A DNA stretch of 64,000 bases from the NCBI GenBank assembly GCA_050742975.1, contig JBOGDQ010000070.1, positions 19,889 through 83,888 on the forward strand, written 5' to 3'. Origin of the DNA: Jatrophihabitantaceae bacterium. Its GTDB lineage: Bacteria > Actinomycetota > Actinomycetes > Mycobacteriales > Jatrophihabitantaceae. Positions 9,405 through 17,329 of the stretch are shown here, piece by piece. The position numbers and the translations under genes are program-made. The notes beneath the pieces are model-generated. The model did no database searches. It was not told where the DNA came from and was given only the letters and a program-made list of their open reading frames with translations. Within the stretch, counting starts at the first letter, position 1, and the number at the start of each line of letters is the position of its first letter.

Positions 9405-10432
9405 TCAACGACGCCAAGGAAGTTCGGGCCGTCCGATGTCCAGGCTTGCTGGCAGGCTGCGGGCGCCACGTGCAGGCAGCGGCGCGGGGCGGGTCCGGCC
9501 GGCCTTGCGCAGCTGCCGGTAGCGCAACGGTTCGCCACCGACGGCCTGGCGTAGCAGCGTGCGGAACAGCAGGCCTCGGCTGCGTGAGTGGCGATGGTTG
9601 AAACGGAACACCCACTCGTCGAAATAGGGCTGCAGATGCTCGGCGCTGACCGAGCCTTGCACGGTGCCCATCAGCCACCGCTTGACCAGCGAGAAGATCC
9701 GATGCACCGCGGGTAGCACCTCGTGCGCGGCCAGCCCGGACGCGGCCACCGACGTTCCAAGGTGACGATAGTTCTCCCGCGTCGCAGCAGGGTAGGCCGA
9801 CCAGCCCTCGGTGATCACTCGCGAACCGGGCTCGACGTTGTCGGCCAAGAACCCGTTCAACTCCTGCGCGCTCGCGTCCGCGATGATCCCGAGACGCGCC
9901 CGGCCGAAGCCGCCCTCGTCGCGCTCCACGGCGCCAGCGAACAGCACTTTCCCTCGCGCTCCACGCCCAGGCATCCCCGCTCAGGGCCGCCGAGAAACGA
10001 CTCGTCGACCTCGACGTCACCGCGCAGCCGATCATGTCCTGGGCGCACCATCACCGACCGGTACCGGTGCAGCGTCGCCCACGCGGTCTGGTATGAGCCG
10101 AACTCCGTCTCCCGCTGCAACTGCATCGCCGAGATCCCGATCTTGTCGCCGACCATGCGTCACCCAGCAGCGAACCACACCGTCAGCGGCGTGCGCGTCT
10201 TGTCGAAGATCGTGCCCGTCGTGGCTGACACCTTCCGCTGGCAGCCGCCGCACTTGTTGTGTCCATCCGCGAGCCGCCAACCGACACCGCTGCCGCAGCC
10301 CGGGCAAACGAACCCATCGCGCCAGCGCAGCCACTCCAGGTAGTCGGTGCACTTCCCGTCCTCATCGAACCAGGCCCGCAGTTGCGCGTACGACCTCGGA
10401 TAGTCGCGCCCAGCAACGATCTTGGACCCCAC
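9405..10432 (-). pseudogene. IS1595-family transposase, inactivated (in-frame TGA plus frameshift)
   Basis: Three ORF pieces (10432-10160, 10156-9857, 9974-9405) together give a typical actinobacterial IS1595 transposase (zinc-ribbon CPGCG...CGGC, then VEVDESFLGG, DDE-type core, FVFRFNHRHSRSRGLLF). TGA lies at 10162-10160 where homologues have Trp. A frame change occurs near 9975. Confidence 0.85.
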
Positions 10433-10624
10433 CGAAGAAGGGTATCAATGGAGACCCCCTTTACGCCGATTAGGCGCCTGGATTAGCCGCTTTGTCTTGT
10501 CTGCAAGCTCGACGTTCTGCGCCGCACTCGCCCTCAGTCCCTTCGTTCCTCCCGGGTGCGCGCGCGGGTCCGGGCCACGCGTTCAGCTCCGCTTCGTAGC
10601 TCAGCCGCACAGAGCGTCGCTCTC

Positions 10625-11671
10625 ATGAGCCGGCCGGCGCTCGTTCAAGTGCACCCGAGGGCTACGGGGCCGAGCTACCCTCCGAGCGTGAGACCTGCGA
10701 CCGTGCCGGTACCTGCCCGCTGCGAACATCTGGCCTACGACGCGCGCGGGTTCCCGATCATCTCCGTCGTATCGAACAACGGCAGCGAGGTGAGCTTCGG
10801 TGCGATCTCGGAGAAACGCAAGCTGGTGTTGGCGACGTTCGACTTGTGCGCAGTCTGCGGCAAACCGTTCCGTGACGAGTTGCGTTGGCAGGTCGCCTTC
10901 GGCGACGAACTGCCTGCCCCCGACGATTCTCCGATCGGCTTCAACGAAGCTCCCGTACACGAGATCTGCGCTTTGCTCGCCGCGCAGGTGTGCCCGTTCG
11001 TCTCCTCCCCCTATGCGCGGCACGGCGACGAGTACCGCAAAGGGCAGCAACGCGAAAAGACGCTACTGCTGGCAGGGTTTGAGCACACCGCAGAGGTCTG
11101 GGGGCACGAATCGGCACTGCAACCGGGCGAGTGGATCCTCAGCTTCGCTATGGACAGGATTGGGCCGGTGCGCCAGCTCACTAGCGCCGAGGACGCGGCC
11201 CGGGCGTATCGCGACGCGCTTGCCGCCGAAGCGCCGCTGGTTCTCGACGACGACGAGCAAGCCATCCTGGACGTGCTCTGCTCCCCCACCCCGGACAACG
11301 AGGACTCCGGCGGCGTCCTGGCCGGTGCGGCCTGGATGATTGGCGCGGCGTTCTGCCCGGACATCGACAGAGTGCAGGGCATGTCCATCTACACCAAGCG
11401 TGATACCTATCTGGGGATAGCGATGGGCTCTCTCATCGAACCCGACAAGCTCGTCGCGTTCGAAAAATCGCGCGACCCGTCCACGGTGGCGGCGATGCGG
11501 TGGTTCCTCCATCACCGCGACCGCCTGCCACCAGTACTCGCCGAATGGAGGACCGCGGCGATGGACGGAATGCACGCCCGAGAGCGGGCGCGTAATCGCC
11601 GACCCGATCCGGCCACTGCGGCACGACGTCGCGCCGCGGAGGTAGCCCGACGCAGGAAGAAGCGCAGCTGA
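10625..11671 (+). CDS. hypothetical Cys-rich protein (348 aa), island cargo
   Basis: ORF with normal composition. It has a CAVCG...HEIC...CP cluster suggesting a Zn-binding N-terminal domain and a basic C-terminal tail. Start chosen at ATG 10625. Confidence 0.55.
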   Translation: MSRPALVQVHPRATGPSYPPSVRPATVPVPARCEHLAYDARGFPIISVVSNNGSEVSFGAISEKRKLVLATFDLCAVCGKPFRDELRWQVAFGDELPAPDDSPIGFNEAPVHEICALLAAQVCPFVSSPYARHGDEYRKGQQREKTLLLAGFEHTAEVWGHESALQPGEWILSFAMDRIGPVRQLTSAEDAARAYRDALAAEAPLVLDDDEQAILDVLCSPTPDNEDSGGVLAGAAWMIGAAFCPDIDRVQGMSIYTKRDTYLGIAMGSLIEPDKLVAFEKSRDPSTVAAMRWFLHHRDRLPPVLAEWRTAAMDGMHARERARNRRPDPATAARRRAAEVARRRKKRS

Positions 11672-11942
11672 CGCAGCACCGCCCGGGCCAGCCGCACTGT
11701 GCTCGAGCAAGGCTCGGTCTTGCCGTGCCGTGTACACAATCGTCCCATCTGCGCGATGGTTGGCGACCAGGACAGCGACGGCGAGCCACGCAGACGGCTC
11801 TGGCGTGTCTTCGATGCCCGGGACCTGACACCGATGCGGTATGGCATGTGATCATTTGCGCCTGACGGGGCGGGTTGGCATCGTTGACAGCGGCTGGTCG
11901 CGCTTGTGCGCTGGTGGCGTCTGCGTTGGCGGTGGGCGGCTA

Positions 11943-12803
11943 TCACTCAGTTCGGCGAGCTGCGACTGCGGTGAGTAGGTCGGCTGATAGTGCTGCGCTT
12001 GCCTGTGCGGCGATTTCGGGTTCGCCGACGCCCTGTTCGGTGCGCGCGGCCATCTGTGAGCCGAGCGCTTCGGCGCCGTCTGCGAACAGTTCTTGCAGGT
12101 AGGTGAGCGCTTGGGCTGTGATCTCGCCGGCCAGTTCGTCGTCGAGCAGGCGTATCAGGGTCTCGGCGAGTTGGTCGGTGCTAATGGCGACCAGCAAGCG
12201 GTAGATGTCGTGGGCGTCCTTGTCCAGCAGACGGTCTGGATTCGTGCGCCGCTCGGCGATCTTGTGGAGTTTCGCGATGAGCAGCGCGGCCGGTCCGGCG
12301 ACCTTGGCGGTGAGGTGGCGCTGATCGCGGGGCGACAATGCTGTGATCGGCATTTCGTGGTGGTCGACTACGGCGGCTTCCAGACCGACGGCGCGGCGCA
12401 TTGCCCGTTTGCCGTGTGGCGGATGGATCACGCTGCGTCGGCTATTTCCGCCGGCGATCGCTTCGGGGACCATCAGGTCGACCGGGATCCCGTTCGGGCT
12501 CATCCAGGCGCCCGGCTGCCCGGCGATCGGGTCGAGGAAGAACCCGGCGCGCTCCATCGCCGCGTCGATCAGCGGGTCTTGCCGTAGGGCTCGCACATCG
12601 ACGGCGAGGTCGCTGTCTTTGGTGGTTTCGGCGACGGCGATCGGTGCCGCGCCGGTGTGCAGGTACACGGCTTGGGCGCCGATGACGATAACGGAGTCGC
12701 GATGCTCGGCCAGGGCGGTGAGTGCGTCCAGCAGCACCGATCGGGCGCGTACGAACAGGTTGTCACTGTTGCCAGCGGTCAACGTTGGCCTCCATCCAGT
12801 CAA
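11943..12803 (-). CDS. nucleotidyltransferase-fold protein (AbiEii/GSU2403-like candidate toxin)
   Basis: N-terminal VIVIGAQAVYLH...TKDSDLAVD fits the NTase G[SA]-x(n)-DxD pattern. It lies immediately downstream of, and overlapping, an AbiEi-like gene. Confidence 0.65.
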   Translation of the reverse strand: MTGWRPTLTAGNSDNLFVRARSVLLDALTALAEHRDSVIVIGAQAVYLHTGAAPIAVAETTKDSDLAVDVRALRQDPLIDAAMERAGFFLDPIAGQPGAWMSPNGIPVDLMVPEAIAGGNSRRSVIHPPHGKRAMRRAVGLEAAVVDHHEMPITALSPRDQRHLTAKVAGPAALLIAKLHKIAERRTNPDRLLDKDAHDIYRLLVAISTDQLAETLIRLLDDELAGEITAQALTYLQELFADGAEALGSQMAARTEQGVGEPEIAAQASAALSADLLTAVAARRTE

Positions 12804-13881
12804 GAAGTGCCTCGCCTTCGGCCGGGTTACGTCCAGGGCCGGTGATCAGGTCGACGGCGGCCTGACTCGGCGCCACCGTCACGACCCCCTCGAGCGTGTC
12901 TGCGCGGTCATAGACCACCTCGTAGGCGGGCTGGGCCAGCAGCACGTTCCCTCCGCTGTCCACCGGTCGCAGATCTAGCTGGTTGGCGAGTTGCGCTGAG
13001 TCGTCGCAGTAGATCATCGCAGCTCGGGCCGGAGCGTAGGGCGCCCAGTTCTGAGCGGCCAACGAGCCGGTCACGGCGTAGCGCAGCCCATTCTGGTTGG
13101 GCAGTTCGGCTAGCCCGCTCGATAGGACCGGCAGTCCGCGCGGGGCCAGGAAGTTGGTGACGGCGTGGGTGCGGAGGAACCCGTAGTCCTGGGACCAGCG
13201 GCGCAATAACTCCACCCACCGCACCTGCTTGATCGGACCGCGGACGGCTCGCTCCAGCACGGCCTGTTCGGCGAGGAAGTCCACCACCCGGTAGGTCGGA
13301 CCGGTAGAGGCGCCGGACAACTCCACCAAGCGCGGCACGGAGTACGGCGGTGCGTAGTCGGCCAGCGCCCGCACCACCCGCGCCGCCGGCTCGCCGGTCA
13401 GATTGCCCTTCGGTCGTCCCGGCCCCCGCCACGGGTCCCTGGTTGCGCCCACGTCCCGCACGAACAGTGCCGGTCGATCCAGCGCTACGCGCAGATTTCC
13501 GGTCGCGTCACAGTAGGCGACGTTGCGCTCGGTCAGCCAGCGCTGCAGCGGCGTCGACAGGTATCGTGACGCGATCAGAGGCAGCGCGCCCGGTGTGCCG
13601 CGCCGTGCCGGGAAGGTCGCCGCGATGTAGCCATTGAGCTGCTCGAGCATGCCCGGAAGATCCCGGGTGACCAGGCTGCTCTTCACCTCGACAACCAACA
13701 CCGTAGCCGGACCCTGCGGCGGAACCAGAGAGAGGACTGCATCCGCACGTCGCCGGTCCATAGGCCCGTCGTACGGCTCCAGGCGCCACCCCTGCGGGAT
13801 CCGGGCCCGGATCTGCTCAAGCGCCGCGCCCAGGACATCCCGCTCACGCGACAGAGGTGCTGGCGCCGCGGCCACGTCCAT
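12763..13881 (-). CDS. AbiEi-like regulator/antitoxin with extra N-terminal PD-(D/E)xK-like segment
   Basis: 372 aa. ADAVLSL-x13-VVEVKSS resembles a D...ExK nuclease motif. The central segment looks like a winged HTH (EPAARVVRALADYAPPYSVPRLVELSGASTGPTYRVVDFL). The C-terminal part resembles AbiEi C-domains (recalled from memory, not searched). Confidence 0.55.
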   Translation of the reverse strand: MDVAAAPAPLSRERDVLGAALEQIRARIPQGWRLEPYDGPMDRRRADAVLSLVPPQGPATVLVVEVKSSLVTRDLPGMLEQLNGYIAATFPARRGTPGALPLIASRYLSTPLQRWLTERNVAYCDATGNLRVALDRPALFVRDVGATRDPWRGPGRPKGNLTGEPAARVVRALADYAPPYSVPRLVELSGASTGPTYRVVDFLAEQAVLERAVRGPIKQVRWVELLRRWSQDYGFLRTHAVTNFLAPRGLPVLSSGLAELPNQNGLRYAVTGSLAAQNWAPYAPARAAMIYCDDSAQLANQLDLRPVDSGGNVLLAQPAYEVVYDRADTLEGVVTVAPSQAAVDLITGPGRNPAEGEALLDWMEANVDRWQQ

Positions 13882-14182
13882 CGCAGATCCCCCTTGTCTC
13901 GTTCACCTACAGTCGTATTCCTGTAATGCTAACACTCCGTTGTCAGCGGAGGCTAGATATTCCCAGAAAATTGGACGGCAGATGACCGGGAGGGGGCCCC
14001 GGCACACGGTGACGAAAGGGTGCAGCCCGAGACGGCCGGCGTGTCGTGGTCCGAGCTCCGATCCGTCCAGGAGCTTCCTGCCGGCAGCCCGTCGGTTTGT
14101 CAGGCACAAGCGTCTGATCCGTCAAGCTGCGGAATTTGTCCGCAGAACATCTGCCCATCGACGCTTGCCGGGACACATCGAC

Positions 14183-14216
14183 AAATGGGTGCCAGACGAC
14201 GGAAATGGGTGCCAGA
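14183..14216 (+). repeat. two AAATGGGTGCCAGA 14-mers spaced 20 bp, tRNA-proximal island edge
   Basis: Copies at 14183-14196 and 14203-14216. They share the core with the repeats at 9187-9208. Confidence 0.7.
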
Positions 14217-14288
14217 AGCCGCTGCGTCGACCATGTCGTTGGCCGCGCAAAACCCGTTAATCACCTCGTATATAAGGGATTCATGCCG

Positions 14289-14361
14289 TGGGCCCCGTGG
14301 GGCTCGAACCCACAACCTACGGATTAAAAGTCCGCAGCTCTGCCAATTGAGCTAGAGGCCC
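14289..14361 (-). tRNA. tRNA-Lys (anticodon UUU)
   Basis: The reverse complement GGGCCTCTAGCTCAATTGGCAGAGCTGCGGACTTTTAATCCGTAGGTTGTGGGTTCGAGCCCCACGGGGCCCA folds as a cloverleaf with a 7-bp acceptor stem, anticodon loop CTTTTAA and T-loop GGTTCGAGCC. CCA is not encoded. Confidence 0.95.
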
Positions 14362-14420
14362 GGCGTACTCCTGAAGGGTAGACGGGAGCCACGAGCGACA
14401 GAGACACGCGGACTGGCCGC

Positions 14421-14882
14421 TCACGCAGGCGGTTGCCGCAGCAGGCGGGGGAAATGCCGGGCTCCCGCGCCACCTGCCGCGAGCGCGTCGTCGGGATTGG
14501 AGATCGCGCAGCGCTTGAGCGACAGGCAGCCGCAGCCGATGCACGAGTCCAGGCCGTCGCGCAGCTTGGTCAGCGCAGCGATTTGGTCGTTCAACCGACC
14601 GCGCCAGGAGTGCGACAGGCGCGACCAGTCCGCCCTGGTCGGCGCGCGGCCGTCCGGCAGCGTCGCCAGCGCGGCAGCGACCTCGTCCAGGCCCAGCCCG
14701 ACGTTGCGCGCTGCCCGGATGAATGCCAGCCGCCGCAGCACGTTGCGCTCGTAGCGACGCTGGCCGCCTGACGTGCGCGTCGCGCTCACCAGACCCTCGC
14801 GCTCGTAGAAGCGCAATGCCGACGCCGCGAAGCCGCTGCGCCGAGCGACCTCGCTGACTGTAAGCAGGTCCGTCGTCCGCAT
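14421..14882 (-). CDS. soxR: redox-sensitive MerR-family regulator SoxR
   Basis: MerR HTH (LTVSEVARRSGFAASALRFYEREGL) plus the [2Fe-2S] motif CIGCGCLSLKRC. Confidence 0.9.
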   Translation of the reverse strand: MRTTDLLTVSEVARRSGFAASALRFYEREGLVSATRTSGGQRRYERNVLRRLAFIRAARNVGLGLDEVAAALATLPDGRAPTRADWSRLSHSWRGRLNDQIAALTKLRDGLDSCIGCGCLSLKRCAISNPDDALAAGGAGARHFPRLLRQPPA

Positions 14883-14903
14883 CGTCCGATCCCCTCGTTT
14901 GAC

Positions 14904-14919
14904 TTGAAGTTGACTTCAA
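14904..14919. promoter_or_regulatory. candidate SoxR operator within the divergent promoter (TTGAAGT-TG-ACTTCAA)
   Basis: A 7-2-7 inverted repeat lies between TTGACT (14899-14904) and TATAAC (14921-14926). It resembles the AAGT..ACTT core of known SoxR boxes. Confidence 0.55.
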
Positions 14920-14927
14920 CTATAACG

Positions 14928-15653
14928 ATGGACGGCATGACACCGACAACCTCGCACCAACGACCCACCGCTCTGGTCACCGGCGCATCGCGCGGGTTCG
15001 GCCGAGCCGTGGCCCTGGCCCTCGCCGATCGAGGCTGGCGCCTCGTACTCGACGCGCGCAGCCGCGCTGACCTCGACACCGTCGTTGCGCTGGCTCCCGG
15101 CTCTGTCACGGTGGCCGGCGACGTCACGTCGCCGATCCATCGCGAGGCGCTGACCGCAGCCGTCGAGGTACTCGGAGGCCTGGACCTGCTAGTCAACAAC
15201 GCCAGCGAGCTCGGCCCCAGCCCGCTGCCGACGCTCGCGGCCTACCCGCTGGACGCGCTGCGGCGGGTCTACGAGACGAACGTCCTCGCGCCGCTGGCGC
15301 TGACGCAACTGCTGCTTCCGACGCTGACGGCATCCGCCGGGACCGTGGTGAACGTGAGCTCCGACGCCGCCGTCGAGGCCTACGAGGGGTGGGGCGGGTA
15401 CGGGTCCAGCAAGGCGGCGCTCGATCACCTGGGCCGGGTGCTCGCCGCCGAGAACGCGTCCGTGCGCGTGTACGGATTCGACCCGGGCGACATGCGGACC
15501 GACATGCACCAGCGCGCGTTCCCCGGCGAGGACATCTCCGATCGTCCGCTGCCCGAGACCGTGGTGCCGGCACTGCTGCGGCTGCTGGACGAGCGACCCC
15601 TCAGCGGGCGTTACCGCGCCAGCGATCTCTCCGCCCCGGCGGGCACGCCGTGA
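14928..15653 (+). CDS. SDR-family oxidoreductase (likely SoxR target)
   Basis: ALVTGASRGFGRA Rossmann motif and the YGSSKAAL catalytic motif. Start is ATG 14928 or 14937 (possibly leaderless). Confidence 0.85.
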   Translation: MDGMTPTTSHQRPTALVTGASRGFGRAVALALADRGWRLVLDARSRADLDTVVALAPGSVTVAGDVTSPIHREALTAAVEVLGGLDLLVNNASELGPSPLPTLAAYPLDALRRVYETNVLAPLALTQLLLPTLTASAGTVVNVSSDAAVEAYEGWGGYGSSKAALDHLGRVLAAENASVRVYGFDPGDMRTDMHQRAFPGEDISDRPLPETVVPALLRLLDERPLSGRYRASDLSAPAGTP

Positions 15654-16672
15654 CCGCGCTCGAGTTCGCCCTTCCGCCCGACCTCGAGGCGAGCGCGCCG
15701 CCACGGGAGCGAGACGACGTCCGACTGCTCGTCGCCGCGCCCGACGGCATGCGGCACGAGCGGTTCGCCGACTTCGCGCGATTCCTGCAGCCGGGCGATC
15801 TGCTCGTCGTGAACACCTCGGCCACCCTGGCCGCCGAGGTCGACGGCCGTCGGCTCGGCGGGGCACCGGTCGCCGTCCACTTCGCCTCCGCACTCGACGA
15901 CGGAAGCTGGGTCGTGGAGCTCCGCCCACCCTGGCCCGCCACCGGCCCGGTGCGCGACGTGCGACCAGGTGAGCACATCGAAATGCCCGACGGCATAACG
16001 CTTTCCGCGATCGAACCGCACCCTGACGGTCAGCGCCGGCTCTGGCGCGCGTCGGTCGCGGTGGACGGCGGCGTGCGGCGGTACCTCGCGCGGCACGGAC
16101 GCCCGATCCGTTACGCCTACGTGCCCGCGCCGCACCCGCTCACGGCCTACCAGACCGTCTTCGCCGACGATCCGGGCAGCGCGGAGATGCCCAGCGCGGG
16201 ACGGCCGTTCACCACCGGGATCGTCACCGACCTGGCGGTCCACGGAGTCGCGGTCGCACCCGTCACGCTGCACACCGGCGTCTCGTCGCCGGAGGCCGGC
16301 GAGCCACCGCAGCCGGAGCCCTACCGGGTCCCGTCGCCGACCGCCCGCCTGGTGAACAGCACGCGCGATGCGGGCGGGCGGATCGTCGCCGTCGGCACCA
16401 CCGTCACGCGGGCGCTGGAGAGCGCGGCCGACGTCCGCGGCACGGTTACCGGATCGGCCGGCTGGACAGACCTCGTCCTCGGGCCGGACCGTCCCGCTCG
16501 GGTGGTCAACGGGCTGGTCACCGGGTGGCATGCTCCTGGCGCGTCCCATCTGAGCCTGCTCGAGGCCGTAGCCGGTGGCGAGCTCGTCGCTTCGGCGTAC
16601 GCCGAAGCGCTTCGCGAGCGGTACCGGTGGCACGAGTTCGGAGACAGCTGCCTGCTCCTTCCACCGGCGTAA
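15650..16672 (+). CDS. queA: S-adenosylmethionine:tRNA ribosyltransferase-isomerase (QueA) family protein
   Basis: FALPPDLEA...GDLLVVNTS...YQTVFA...GSAEMPSAGRPFT...VTLHTG...AVGTTVTRALES...WHEFGDSCLL follow the QueA motif order. GTG 15650 overlaps the SDR stop (GTGA). Confidence 0.78.
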   Translation: MTALEFALPPDLEASAPPRERDDVRLLVAAPDGMRHERFADFARFLQPGDLLVVNTSATLAAEVDGRRLGGAPVAVHFASALDDGSWVVELRPPWPATGPVRDVRPGEHIEMPDGITLSAIEPHPDGQRRLWRASVAVDGGVRRYLARHGRPIRYAYVPAPHPLTAYQTVFADDPGSAEMPSAGRPFTTGIVTDLAVHGVAVAPVTLHTGVSSPEAGEPPQPEPYRVPSPTARLVNSTRDAGGRIVAVGTTVTRALESAADVRGTVTGSAGWTDLVLGPDRPARVVNGLVTGWHAPGASHLSLLEAVAGGELVASAYAEALRERYRWHEFGDSCLLLPPA

Positions 16673-16693
16673 ACACCCTTCCGCTCCGGGCGG

Positions 16694-17269
16694 ATGGTCA
16701 ATGGTGGACAACTTCGGTGCGGAACAGGGAGCTGCCGCTACGGTGAGTCGGTGACGACCTCGGTTGCGCCCGAGGACGATGCGCTCGCGCAGTGGGAAGC
16801 GATCAGCCGGAGGGTGCAGAGCACGCAGCAGCGACTGGTCACCCGCATCGAGAAGTCGGGCGTTCCCAGCCAGTGGTTCGCCGTCCTGCACCTGCTGCTG
16901 CACGCCGACCAGCGGCGGATGCCGATGACCCGACTGGCCGACGAGCTGTCGATGACGTCCGGCGGGTTCACCAAGCTCGCCGACCGGATGGGCCAGGAGG
17001 GCCTGATCGATCGCCGCAACTCGTCCGGCGATCGCCGGGTGGTCTACGCGGGCCTGACCGGCGAGGGCCTGCGCCTAGCCCGGCAGACCGAGCGGATGTA
17101 TCGCGACGCGGTCCAGGAGCACGTCCTGGAGGTGCTCACCTCTGAGAAGCTCACGCTGCTCGCTGCGGAGTCCGAGCCGCTCGATCGGAGCGCCGGCGAG
17201 GACGGTGCCGACGACGCCAGCGACGCACTGTCCCGGGATCCGGCGCTGCCCGACCGGCGCACCCGCTGA
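16694..17269 (+). CDS. MarR-family transcriptional regulator
   Basis: Winged-HTH pattern ...FAVLHLLLHADQRRMPMTRLADELSMTSGGFTKLADRMGQEGLIDRRNSSGDRRVVYAGLT. Start uncertain (GTG 16751 is an alternative). Confidence 0.8.
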   Translation: MVNGGQLRCGTGSCRYGESVTTSVAPEDDALAQWEAISRRVQSTQQRLVTRIEKSGVPSQWFAVLHLLLHADQRRMPMTRLADELSMTSGGFTKLADRMGQEGLIDRRNSSGDRRVVYAGLTGEGLRLARQTERMYRDAVQEHVLEVLTSEKLTLLAAESEPLDRSAGEDGADDASDALSRDPALPDRRTR

Positions 17270-17329
17270 GACGGGCGCGTCGGTCACGCCGGCGCGACGG
17301 CGCCGCGGACCAGGGTAGCCTCGCGGTCC

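Larger units (their letters stand above)
9038..14333. mobile_element. integrase-less genomic island inserted at the 3' end of tRNA-Lys
   Basis: 47-bp direct repeats (9038-9084 and 14287-14333, 1 mismatch) correspond to the 3' part of tRNA-Lys. The interior carries an IS1595 pseudogene, an orphan gene and an AbiE-like pair. Confidence 0.8.

Noticed and set aside
10157-10162. In-frame TGA in the IS1595 transposase as selenocysteine or programmed readthrough
   Set aside because: No SECIS-like hairpin follows. The codon replaces a conserved Trp (a single TGG-to-TGA change), and a separate frameshift also disrupts the gene, so it is decay.
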